Assembly: GCA_951406725.2 (NCBI GenBank)
Contig: OX597823.1
Span: 23,312,001 to 23,376,000 of the forward strand
Reading direction: 5' to 3'
Length of the DNA: 64,000 nt
From: Octopus vulgaris
Lineage: Eukaryota
Shown one piece after another: positions 37,256-49,009 of this stretch. Numbering within the stretch: the first letter of the stretch is position 1; the number at the start of each line of letters is the position of its first letter. Both the position numbers and the translations under genes were made by a program. The notes beneath the pieces are model-generated. The model did not search any database. It was not told the DNA's origin and saw only the letters and a list, made by a program, of their open reading frames with translations.

Positions 37256-37574
37256 CAATTGCAGTGTGGAAGGTGTTTGTAAGCCATTTAAGAAACACAC
37301 AAAAGCCGTTTCACTTCAACATTTAAGTTTAATTTGTCAAAATATTTTCGTCGCTAAAATCCGCGACCTGTTCACTGACAAAAATCCATGCAGCACGGAT
37401 TTTTGTCAGTGAATGGGTCGCGGTCTTAAAGCGACGAAAATATTTTGACAAATTAAGCTTAAATGTTGAAGTGAATCGAACGGCTTTTGTGTGTTTCTTA
37501 AATGGCTTACAAACACCTTCCACGCTGCAATTGTTTTCATTCCAGCACACGATCTCAGATCAAATCACTTGCTA
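37256..37574. mobile_element. ~280-bp palindromic insertion with 12-bp TSD (inverted Penelope-pLTR-like pair)
   Basis: 37256-37390 is the reverse complement of ~37395-37532; TSD AAAGAGTTTAAA at 37244 and 37575. Confidence 0.8.
37333..37383 (-). ncRNA. hammerhead-like motif, G3:C8 core variant
   Basis: TTTGTCA-GTGAACA-G-GTCGC.GGATTTTA.GCGAC-GAAA-A.TA.T-TT-TGACAAA; stems I and II pair; extra G after A9; UUU triplet. Confidence 0.4.
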
Positions 37575-37703
37575 AAAGAGTTTAAAGCTTGTGATATAAT
37601 CACTTATACTTTTCACAGCAATGCTAAAATTATGTTTATTAAGAAAATTATATCTTACATTTTCAAATGTTTGTGTGTGTTTTTTTGCATGTGTGTGTGT
37701 GCA

Positions 37704-37775
<72 letters not shown>

Positions 37776-39005
37776 TGCGCGTGCATATGTGTATCCTAAT
37801 AAATTATTCTTAATATGTAAGTAAATAAAGGCTACAAGCTGAGAGAATCAGTAGCACACTGGGCAAAAAGCATAGTGACATTTTGCCAGTCTTTAAGTTC
37901 TGAGTTGAAATCCTGTCGAGGTTGAGTTTATCTTTCATCCTTTTGGGGTCAGTAAAATAAGTGCCAGATGAGGAGTGGGATTGATGTAATCAACTTCCCC
38001 CTCCTCCAAAATAGCTGGCCTGGTGCTAAAATTTGAAACCAATATGTTACTGGTGTTTGTGGGGTGTGTGCAGGAATACCTGTATCCAGGTTTGTGAGTG
38101 TGTTTGTGTCCATAATTTTTCTGGGATTCCTAAAGAATATCGATTAGCTACTTTTCCAGGGTATTATGTGATAAGAAAATCTTCCCCTGGGTAGACTACC
38201 CTATCTGTTGCCCATAAGACTGTCAGACAATATAGCACTCTATACTACCACTGGTTAGATGAAATGAGGTACAGACATTTGAGTGTCCAATACAGAACCC
38301 CTGCAGTTGTAATCAAGATCATTATATTATTCACAGATGGCTCAGTACATCACAACCTCAATGCAGTACACACATCCTTCTCTTCCTTTAACTTTCTCTC
38401 TCACTTCATCTCCTTTCATCATTTGTTATGCTACATCCATTTTATTGTGTAAGCATTAGTTCTTATTGAATGTCCTATTTAGCTCTCACTTGTGGAGGAG
38501 AATTGGAACTGCTAAACTGGCTTTGGTGGTTCATTATTACCTTAGTGAGGCTCTGAGGGATTACAGGCAAACAGTGATATCTCTGTTTGCAATAGAAGGA
38601 TTTGAACTTAGGCCTTCTTAGATTGGTGATAGTGAAGTCATTAATAATCCTCTTAAACCTTTACAAGTCAACACTTACTGAAAAGATATGAGCTGGGAGT
38701 AGAAAAGGACTGGACCTAGTGCATGGCTAGGTGGTTGAGCACAACATTGTTGTGAGGGGAATAAAGATGGATAGGATAGGAATGCTTGAATGGAAGTAGC
38801 ATGAGTTCAGTCAGCTCTGAGAAGCATGGTGCAGACTAGAGGCTGGAGTGTGTCTGTGAGTAACTTTAAGCCAGTCAGTTTCGTGACTCTTTCCTGGTTG
38901 CAATGTAGGATGTCTGTGTGTGCAGTAGCACCATCCCGTATGTCTCATTTGAGCTCTCTTGAGCATCAATAACTGTTGGAGCTGACAAGAAAGGCTAGTT
39001 GTTTA

Positions 39006-39280
39006 AGGTGGCGAGCTGGCAGAAATGTTAGCGCGCTGGGCGAAATGCTTAACAGTATTTCATCTGCCGCTACATTCTGAGTTCAAATTCCGCCGAGGTT
39101 GACTTTGCCTTTCATCCTTTTGGGGTCGATTAAATAAGTACCAGTTATGCACTGGGGTCGATATAATTGACTTAATCCGTTTGTCTGTCCTTGTTTGTCC
39201 TCTCTGTGTTTAGCCCCTTGTGGGTAGTATAGAAATAGGTATTTTGTCTGCCACTATATTCTGAGTTCAAATTCCACCAG
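39006..39280 (+). mobile_element. tRNA-derived SINE plus start of a second unit
   Basis: same family as 18893; tail AGAAATA joined to GGTATTTTGTCTGCC. Confidence 0.85.
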
Positions 39281-39353
39281 TGCTTTTTAAGTGACACCAG
39301 TACCGGTGCTTTCTATATGCAACTTTTCTCTCTCTCTCTCTCTCCTCTATCTC

Positions 39354-39425
<72 letters not shown>

Positions 39426-41755
39426 ATATATATATATATGTTTTTTAATTGACGAATAACTTGTACAGTGTTGTATTACTGTTCAGTATAGTGGTGGTGG
39501 TGTTAACAGGGATATTGGTCAGTCGAGGTGGCAGTGGTGGTTGGACCTCCAAAAGGGTACTTTATTTCATTTTATTTTTATATTGTCAATTACTTGACAC
39601 CTGTGCTTTAGTGCAATTAATTATTCTCTGTACAACTGAAAATTATATTAGTTTATAAAATATGGACTATGAGAGGCAAAAGACTGAATGAGAATGTTTA
39701 GGGTGCAACTTAGACAGGAGCAGAGGATTGAATTACTGGAACAATCATTGGAGCAGCAACTTTGAACAAGAGAAAATATGAATGAAAGGAGATGTGATGA
39801 GTATTTACAACAGTTAAGAGAAAAAGTTAAAGACAGAAGAGAAAATAAAAATAAATGAGAGCATCAAGAAAACTGAAACTCATGGTTGAAGGTTACAATA
39901 TTGGTTACATGAATATTCTATGTAATAATCAGTGCTTTCAGAGATATTGTTTCTTGAGTTTGCACCTTCAATACTACTTGCTTTTATATCATCTCAAAAA
40001 TTAAGTGCTTCAGAAAAATTTACAATTCCATCTTAACATTTTCAAAATAACTGGAAATTCTACAAGTTGTCATCATCATGTATCGTACATCTGCAGGGCA
40101 TTGATAATACTACAGCAAAAGTCATCCCAGTTATGTGTGAGTTCTCCAGTTACCTTGCCAGTCTTGTCCGACCAGCTCTTGATATTGTCCATGTATTGTG
40201 TTTTGATCTACTGCCCTCTACTCTTCCTTGCATGATAATGTTTTCCAAACCTCTACTTCTTCGAATATGGCCATAATAGACGAGGCTTCATTTTTCACAA
40301 TGTTCAGTAGTTGTCATCTTTCATCTACTTGTGACACCTATTCATTTGTACGCTGATCATTGTAAGAGATTTGTGACATTTTCTTATACATTCACATTTT
40401 AAATGCATTGATTATGTTCTCTTCAAATTTGTTCAGAGTCCCTGCTTTACAACTATAAATGCCAATTGGCCAAATGAGTGCTCACACTAGCCTTGTTTTT
40501 AACCAAGTTGAGACACTTTTGCTGGTTCATATGTTGTTAAGCTTTTCCACAAGTATACTTGCTATGGTTACTAGAGTTACAATTTCTTTGATTCGTGAGG
40601 TTTCAAAGGAGATTTGGTCTCCAAGATATTTGCACAATTCAACCTATTCAAGCTTTTCACTGCCCAGTTTGACATTAGCATTTATTTTCTCTTTTTTTAC
40701 TACCATGACTTTTGTTTTCTTATGGTTGAGAAAAAGAACATGTGTAATTGATACCTTCTCAACTTTGCTTATCATTTCTTGTAGTTTGGCTTCCATCTTG
40801 GCAAGTATAGCAGGTATCATTTGCATACCTTAGATTAGAAATATGCAAGCCATGTATTTTGATGCCATCGCCTTCCTGTATAGCTTTTTGCATTATTCAC
40901 TCAATGTTGATGTTAAACAAACTTGGAGAAAGAAAACTGCCCAAACAAATTCCTTTCCCATTTTTGAACTTTTCTGTATTCTCATTATTTTCTTTAGGTA
41001 CTGCTAGTTTGTGTTTTAGTTTGTTAGTGTCCACAATCTTCAAGTCATAGTAACTTTTGTGGTAGACACATAAGCATTTTCTATAAGATTTTAGTTGAAA
41101 AAATACCAGTCTAGGAGCAAAAACTGTTAGGCAAGTTATTAAATTTTAGTTGAAAATGAGTATTAGTGATTTTTTTTTTTTTTTGTGAGTGGGACAAGTT
41201 GTAGAGGAAGACTGTAACTAGTGAAAAAGTAAAAATTGTAGAGATTTAGTTTAGAAGAGAAAAGATTAATCGAAATGTTTATTAAGAGGAAGAGTGGGTT
41301 AAGAGTAAGAGAGTTCAGCAATTAAAGAAGTGACTGCAACAGCTTATTTGGAGACCCTCTAACATCTGCCAAATTCAAAACAGCAGAAGTTGTTAAGTTC
41401 CACATCAGCCTTGTTCATGCAAGCCTATGATGAAAGGTGTTCTAGTAAGTTTATCTGAGATTATATTATTTAATAGATCCTTCACTTTTCTTTTCTATGT
41501 TGACACGGATGGAGTTTTGTGGTAAGAACTTTGCCTTCCAATCAAATGGTTCCAGGTTCAGTTCCACTGCGTGGCATATTGGGGCAAGTGTATCTTTTAT
41601 AGTTCTGGGCCAATCAGAACCTTGTGAGTGGATTTAGTTGAAGGAAATGCACACATACAATCTTACACACACTGAAACACATATGCACACATACATACTT
41701 ACACACACACACGCACACACACATGTACATACACACACATGCTAACACACACATA

Positions 41756-42133
41756 CACTACCGTCAGAAATTAATTAGCACCCTTGATTTGCTCTTCACT
41801 CAAGGTATGTGCTGTCACCTAGTGGCCATATCTCGAACTATTGCTTTGTTGCGAGTTCACTGTTGCGCAGAACGATGACGTAACTTTGTTTGCAGAGCAG
41901 TTTGAGAGTCTACAACCTTATGATGTTGACATAGCAGTGCAACAACTTGGAGTGCGGATGCAGACAAATCTTCCTTTGTTTAATAGATATAGGTAGCGCC
42001 TCGCAAGGACCGAAATAACACCATACTAAGTTTTCTCATCGCGTAAGACGTTTTGAACAGCTCATAAGGTTAATTGATTTAACCTATTTAATGTAGAAAT
42101 TTGAGAAGTGCTAATTAATTTCTGACGCAAGTG
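41756..42133. mobile_element. Tc1/mariner-type MITE
   Basis: TIRs CACTACCGTCAGAAATTAATTAGCAC / GTGCTAATTAATTTCTGACGCAAGTG with TA flanks. Confidence 0.85.
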
Positions 42134-43001
42134 TATATAAATGTGTGTGTCTTTGTGTTTGTGTTTGTTTGATCCCCATTACTTCTTGATATCCAGCATT
42201 GGTTCATTTACATCTCTGTAACTTAGCAGTTTGGTCATAAGTGACTAATAAAATAAGTACCAGGCTTAAAAAATAAGTACTGGGGTTGATTTGTTTGACG
42301 AAAACCCTCAAGGTGGTGCCCCAGTATGGCTACAACCACTTGACTGGCACCCATGCCGGTGGCATGTAAAAAGCACCATTTGAGCATGGTCGATGCCAGG
42401 GCTATCTAACTGGCCCTTGTGCCAGTGACATGTAAAAAGCACCCACTACACTCTCAGAGTGGTTGGCGTTAAGAAGGGCATCCAGCTGTAGAAACCTCGC
42501 CAGATCAGACTGGAGCCTGGTGCAGCCCCCTGGTTTGCCAGCCCCCAGTCAAACCGTCCAACTCATGCCAACATGGAAAGCGGATGTTAAACGATGACGA
42601 CAACGACAACGATGATGATGATGATGATGATAAAAGAAAGATTAAATGGCAATCTGATTTAAGAGAGATTTAGTTATTACAAACTGGTCAAGCAACCAAG
42701 TAGATACTGTAGTAGCAGCTGAGGAAGTAGTAAAGCTGTATTTCATGTATGCCTCTTTCCATTAGATAATCAAAAGGAATATTTGGATCGACATTAATCA
42801 AGCTGTTTAACATACAATATACGAAAAGTACATTGTTACCAATACATTCAGTATTTCAGTGTATCCCTCAATCCCCAAAATATTTAACAGAAAAGTGTAT
42901 TGTTAGATAATTATCTGTATGAACACATCTCTCTCATATTTTAGTGTTTTAAAAGCAGGAAGCTGGCAGAACCATTAGCATGCAGGACAAAATGCTTAGT
43001 G

Positions 43002-43237
43002 AAATTTTGTCTGTCTTTACATTCTGAGCTCAAATTCTACCTAGGTTGACTTTGCCTTTCAAATTTTGTCTGTCTTTACATTCTGAGCTCAAATTCTACC
43101 TAGGTTGCCTTTGCCTTTCAAATTTTGTCTGTCTTTACATTATGAGCTCAAATTCTACCTAGGTTGCCTTTGCCTTTCAAATTTTGTCTGTCTTTACATT
43201 CTGAGCTCAAATTCTACCTAGGTTGACTTTGCCTTTC
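43002..43237 (+). repeat. 4 x 59-bp tandem repeat inside a SINE
   Basis: AAATTTTGTCTGTCTTTACATTCTGAGCTCAAATTCTACCTAGGTTGMCTTTGCCTTTC at 43002, 43061, 43120, 43179. Confidence 0.95.
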
Positions 43238-43397
43238 AAATTTTCAGAGTTGATAAAATAACTATCAGTCAGGTACTGCGATGTAATCGACTCACACTTC
43301 CTCTCAAAAACTGCTAGCCCTGTGCCAAAATTTGAAACCATATTTTAGTGTTTCAAATGTATATGATTTCCTTAATTATGAACCATAGTTTATTCAG

Positions 43398-44060
43398 AAT
43401 ATACGATGTTGAATCAAGTAGATAATTTTATAAAAAGAAGCAACATTTTGTAAAGTCTATGAGGGACCAGTATAAAATCTGAAATAATGAATCTAACATA
43501 CAAACATGATGAAATCAGTGACACGTAATTTTTGAGGGGTTAATACAACAGAGGAAGGATACAGCTTTACATTTATTGGGCTATGTGTGAATAAATGTTG
43601 CCTACTATAGGCTGATAATGCCATTTTTAAAAATTTAAACTGATTTTATTTATGTTAAAAATATATTTCTGTTTTGCTTTCACAAAGAAAATTTGCTAAT
43701 TGTATATCATAGATACATCATCATCATCGTTTAACGTCTGCTTTCCATGCTAGCATGGGTTGGACAAAAGAGTAAATTTAATACACTAAATAATATCAGT
43801 GATAATCTATTTCTGTTGCATGGTTGTGGATATTTTATCATGGATGATAGTGGCTTCTTTCTCCTGAACTTATTGAAACAAATTGAAAAAGTCCTCTTAC
43901 ACAACAATGTATCTTGCAGAAAGCAAGTGCTACATTACATGTCAAAACCAACTTTGGGTTGATTTATTCCTCATATATTAGTGAATATTTTTGATGTCCA
44001 GTAGTTTTCTCACTTGTATTCTTGTATGATTAATTTTTCGTAAGTAAACATTGGAACACA
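43398..44060 (+). repeat. local triplicated segment, copy C
   Basis: SR*FYKKKQHFVKSMRDQYKI* parallels copy B; AATAAA at 43590; interrupted by a SINE tail at ~43718-43765. Confidence 0.8.
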
Positions 44061-44922
44061 GAATCTCTCCTACAGATACAGAAACATGCACACACATATA
44101 CAAGGGTGATGCTTTCTTTGTTGTCAAACTGTCTGATGGCCATCTGTTTGGCAGTTGACTCTAGCTATAATTTATCATCATTGCTTAAACAAGTGTGGCC
44201 ATGTGGTGTGGTAAAGAGGTTTGCTTTGCAAGCAACCTCATGGTTTTGAGTTCAGTTACATTGCACAGCACATTGGGCAAGTGTCTTCTTCTATAGTCTT
44301 GGGCCACTTACTAAAGTATTGTGAGTGGATTTGATAAAGAGGAACTGAAAGAAATCTGTTGTGTGCATGTGTGTATATACTGTATATATATATATATACA
44401 CATGTATTGAAATTTTTTCTGATTTTTCTGATTTTTTATATGCTAGGCTACTGGTATTGATATTAATTAAATCAATATTCAATTTATCTCCTTCATTATT
44501 TAAATATATATATATATCATTACCAGTGTCGCCTTACTGGTACTTATGCCTGTGTTAGTAGGGTGCCAAGAACACCATCCGAGCGTGATCGTTGCCAGAG
44601 CAGCCAACTGGCTTCCGTACCTGTGGCACGTAAAAGGGCACCATTTGAGCATGATCATTACCAACGTTGCTTCACTGGCACCTGTGCCGGTGGCACGTGT
44701 AAAAAGATTTGAGCGAGGTCATTGCCAGTACCGCCTGACTGGCCCCCGTGCAGGCGGCACATAAAAAGCACCCACTACACTCTCGGAGAGAATAACTTAT
44801 AAGTTATTCTTGTTGCTTATTTTGATTATAATCATCCCATGGATTTATATGGATAACACCATACAGAATTCTGGTGCATCTAACTTAAGTACCATATTCA
44901 TTTGAATCTAAATTTTGCGGAA

Positions 44923-44959
<37 letters not shown>

Positions 44960-44961
<2 letters not shown>

Positions 44962-46093
44962 AAAGAAGGGGTGTATTTCCATGCAGGAAAAAATATAGGC
45001 TACCTTGTTTTTTGAAAATGTGCCTGAATTTGAAAAACTTGCATTTGTTTTTAAATAAATTTATTTAAATACATACCAAACTAGTTTCATCAATGTTTTG
45101 TTTATCAATGGTATAAATGTATATAAAACATTGGGATTTTAACAGACTTTAAAATTACAAAGTAGAAAACATGTTTAAATGATTAAATGTTCACAAAATT
45201 CAATGATAGGGGTAGATAATATCAAAAATGATTGGCGAAGAATATAAAAAATGTGGATTACTAAAAGTTTGGTCATATTGAGTTATTACAGAATATGTGG
45301 ACAAAAGAGTGAAAGAAGAGAGTAAAAAAAGGTCTTTATTTTACAGTTTCTGTCGTCTTGTATGTAGTTCTTTTTTTTTCTATTGCATACAGGGCTTTTC
45401 GCTTTTAACAAAGGGTTTTGGAATCAGAGTAAATATATGTTTTTCCGTGAATGAATAAAATTTTTGATTCATTATAATTCTGATGATGTGTTATTCTTTC
45501 TTGTGGTCAAGTTCCCTGAAGGGAATGGTCATCAACTGTTCCAGTTGGTTGATTGTATTAAGGGTCAGTTAGTTTTTTTTCTTGAGGGTCTGATTCGGAT
45601 TGGAAGTAAAATATCACTGGTCTAGCAATAAGTGACATTAGCAACTGGTGCTTGTGAAGGTGTATGATGTCATTGTATAGTGATTTGGAGCTACTGTTTT
45701 GACACCCAGGGAGAAGACTGTTACTAAAGTTTTCGAATTATATCAGTTGTATCTGGTTGTTTTTTTGTGGAGAAAATCTGTTTTTTCTTCTTTCTAGTGT
45801 GCAATTAAAAGATATTTAGTTGCATATTATATTTTTAAATGAGTATGCTGTCCTTATTCAATCAGAATTGGGTTGAAGTGTTTTCAGTGCATTGATAGAG
45901 AGGGAAGATTTGGTATTTCAGGTTTATGTCTGCAGGGCATTAATCTAGGTGTTTTCCTGGTTGTGTGGTCCTGGATTTGTTGCCTGAGTACTGTCAGTCT
46001 ATCCCTCATGGTAAAACTAGTTTGACATGTGTAGTTTCTATCACACACACTACTTTTGAGGACATAGATTAAATTCTTTGATGCACAGGTGAA

Positions 46094-46100
<7 letters not shown>
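44960..46100 (-). mobile_element. 5'-truncated Penelope-like element (GIY-YIG + pLTR) between (TA)n runs
   Basis: FTCASKNLIYVLKSSVCDRNYTCQTSFTMRDRLTVLRQQI matches the PLE GIY-YIG pattern; hammerhead fold at its 3' end. Confidence 0.75.
45073..45114 (-). ncRNA. minimal type-I hammerhead ribozyme motif, U3:A8 variant
   Basis: ATACCA-TTGATAA-ACAA.AACA.TTGAT-GAAA-C.TA.G-TT-TGGTAT; 6-bp stem I; palindromic ACTAGT stem III. Confidence 0.6.
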
Positions 46101-46133
<33 letters not shown>

Positions 46134-46292
46134 AATTTAATTAAATGATATGTAGCCTTGTGAAGAGATGGCTGCATCCAAGGAAATACTGGTTCAATAC
46201 TTAGTATTTTGGGGGAATGAAATACCCTTGAAGAAAAGAAAATGGAGAAAAGGAAGTTAATAATTATTTATTATTAACAAATTGATCATCTT

Positions 46293-46387
46293 CACTTTGT
46301 ACAGCTCTTTCAATTAATACTCAATAATTGTACATTTGTACATTAAATTTACATTTATGTGACATGTGTATAATTTCATCAAAGGAA
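46293..46387 (-). ncRNA. degenerate hammerhead motif with long stem II (second partial copy 48833-48862)
   Basis: TTGATGA-AATTATAC...GTATTAATT-GAAAG.AGCT.GTA; the 48.8-kb copy keeps GAAAC.AGCT.GTA-AGGGA; both lie in a repeated ~250-bp unit (46130-46330 / 48600-48865). Confidence 0.4.
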
Positions 46388-46759
46388 AAAAGATGTACCT
46401 TTGGATGTTATATGTTGACTTATCAATTCACTTCAAACATTTTCTTTTCTTCTTTTAAATATATATATATGTATTGTCAATAGTTCATGTATCTGAAAAA
46501 AAACAAAAAACAAAACATACTCTAAAGCATTAGAGCAGTAATATATCTTTTAAGGACTGATATATATATATCAAACCACATCATTTTAGGTTCAGTCCCA
46601 CTGTGTGGTACCTTGGGCAAGTGTCTTCTAACAAAAGCCTTGTGAGTGGGTGGATTTGGTAGACAGAAACTGAAAGATACCTGTTGTGTGTCTGAAGAGT
46701 TTTCTATTTTCTCTCTTTTTACATCTTCAATATTACAATGCTTCAAGTGAACTACAACA

Positions 46760-46808
<49 letters not shown>

Positions 46809-47019
46809 AAATTTCTTATATATATAAATTTTTGGCTGTCCATCATAGTTTTATGTTGACTTTTCTTGTTCAATAATCATCTCTGGCAGGCTTGCATGTG
46901 GACTACAAGGTTTGCTTTTGATCTGCAGCAGCAATGATATCAGCTGCAGGTGAAGCTAGTTGATGTAATGGAGAAGTGATGTGTGTTATGTACTCTTTTG
47001 TATTCCCTGCATGCATGCA

Positions 47020-47055
<36 letters not shown>

Positions 47056-47168
47056 TGTATGTATGTATGTATGTATGTATGTATGTATGTATGTATGTAT
47101 GTATGTATGCATGTATGTATGTATATATATATATATATATATATATACATACATGCATATATATATAT

Positions 47169-48130
47169 ACAAATAAATTAGGGTACTGGAATACCACTTG
47201 CTAGAAATAGGAGTTAACATTACAACGCCACAAATTTCTCACTATTAAGAAACATGTACAGTGAATGTAACAAATATAATAAAAACAGGCCTTACCTTGT
47301 ATAAACTGCAAAGCAAGAACAGATATCTTCGTATCAACTGATCTCACCTTTTGTACACTAGAACTTGAGTATCATCAACCAAGTTTTCTGTATTCATCTA
47401 TTTTTCAAAATATTCATTCCATTACACCATCTGCGTTTATTCATTTGAATGCCCTCGCATCATTAAAAAATCAACATAATGTGAGTTAGTATAATTTAAA
47501 ATTTAATAAGTACTAATAGCACTATTCAAAATAACAGTAATGATAAAGTGGCCAGCAAGTTTAACCTAAATAGGTAAAATAGACAAATAATTTAGGATAC
47601 CAGAATACCACTTGCTAAAAATACGAGTTAATACTCCAGAGCCACAAACTTCTCACTATTAAGAAGCATGTAGAGAGAATGTAACGAATATAATAAAAAC
47701 AGGCCTTACCTTGTATAAACTACAAAGCAAGAACAGATATCTTGGTATCAATTGATTTCAGCTTTTGTACCTTAGCATAATACTTAAGGATTGTCAGCCA
47801 AGCTTACTGTATAAATGCATATGGTGTAATGGAATGAATATTTTGAAAAATAGATGAATATAGTAAGCTTGGGTGATGATTGTTAAGTACTAATGTATAA
47901 AAGGTGATATCAGTTGATACTAAAATATTTGTTCTTGCTTTGTGGTTTATACAAGGTAAGGCCTGTTTTTATCATATTTGTTATATTCACTGTGTGTGTT
48001 TATTAATAGTGAGAAATTTGTGGTTTTGTAATGTTAACTCCTATTTCTAGCAAGTGATATTCTGGTATCCTAATTTATTTTACCTATTTAGGTTAAACTT
48101 GCTGGCCACTTTATAATTATTGTTATTTTT
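47169..48130. repeat. fold-back triplication: two minus copies (47169-47440, 47528-47812) and one plus copy (47813-48130)
   Basis: e.g. AAAAACAGGCCTTACCTTGTATAAAC at 47281 and 47695 vs GTTTATACAAGGTAAGGCCTGTTTTT at 47945. Confidence 0.92.
47904..47955 (+). CDS. candidate signal-peptide exon of the PAN-domain gene (no in-frame ATG)
   Basis: GTG ATA TCA GTT GAT ACT AAA ATA TTT GTT CTT GCT TTG TGG TTT ATA CAA G|GTAAGG; strong phase-1 donor; splices in frame to 51457 giving KIFVLALWFIQVCPEYCFA-QS. Confidence 0.4.
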
Positions 48131-48569
48131 AATGATGGTAATAAAACTATTTAATTATATATATATCATCATCGTTTAGCATCTGCTTTCCATGCTAGCA
48201 TGGGTTGGACGGTTCAACTGGGGTCTGGGAAGCCAGAAGGCTGCACCAGGCCCAGTCTGATCTGGCAATGTTTCTACGACTGGATGCCCTTCCTAACGCC
48301 AACCACTCCGTGAGTGTAGTGGGTGCTTTTTACGTGCCACCGGCACAGGTGCCAGGCGAGGCTGGCAATGGCCATGAACGGATGGTGCTTTTTATGTGCC
48401 ACCGGCACGAGGCCAGTCGGGGCGGTGCTGGCAACGGTCATGTTCGGATGGTTCTCTTATGTGCCACCGGCACTGGTATCACAGCTGCAATTTCCATTAA
48501 TGTTGATCGATTTCGATTTCTCACTTGCCTCAACAGGTCTTCACAAGTAGAGTTTTGTGTGCCCAGAAG

Positions 48570-48606
<37 letters not shown>

Positions 48607-48862
48607 TTATACTTAAATTCGATTAGTGGTTGTGTTAACCTCATGAAGGGATGATTTTTTCATCCAAGGAAATACTAGTTCAGTACCTAATATTTTGGGG
48701 AAATTAATTTCCTTAAAATAATAGGTGTATATGTATATATATAAAACATGTTGTTTATATTCATTTTAAAGAAGAAAAAAATGGAAATCAGGAAGTTAAT
48801 AATTGTTTATTATCAAAGCAAATTAATCATCATCCCTTACAGCTGTTTCAATTAATACTCAG

Positions 48863-48906
<44 letters not shown>

Positions 48907-49009
48907 TAAATTATAATGTTTGGCTATTCCTTCTAGTGTGCTAGGTTTCCTATGATGGTTACCTCTTATGTCTTTAAATGTACACTGTATTTATATATAT
49001 ATATATATA

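Noticed and set aside
43002-43237. CRISPR-like regular repeats
   Set aside because: No unique spacers; contiguous tandem units derived from a SINE in eukaryotic DNA
47896-47915. TATA box plus TCAGTT initiator
   Set aside because: Spacing of ~14 nt is too short for a canonical TATA-Inr promoter; not called
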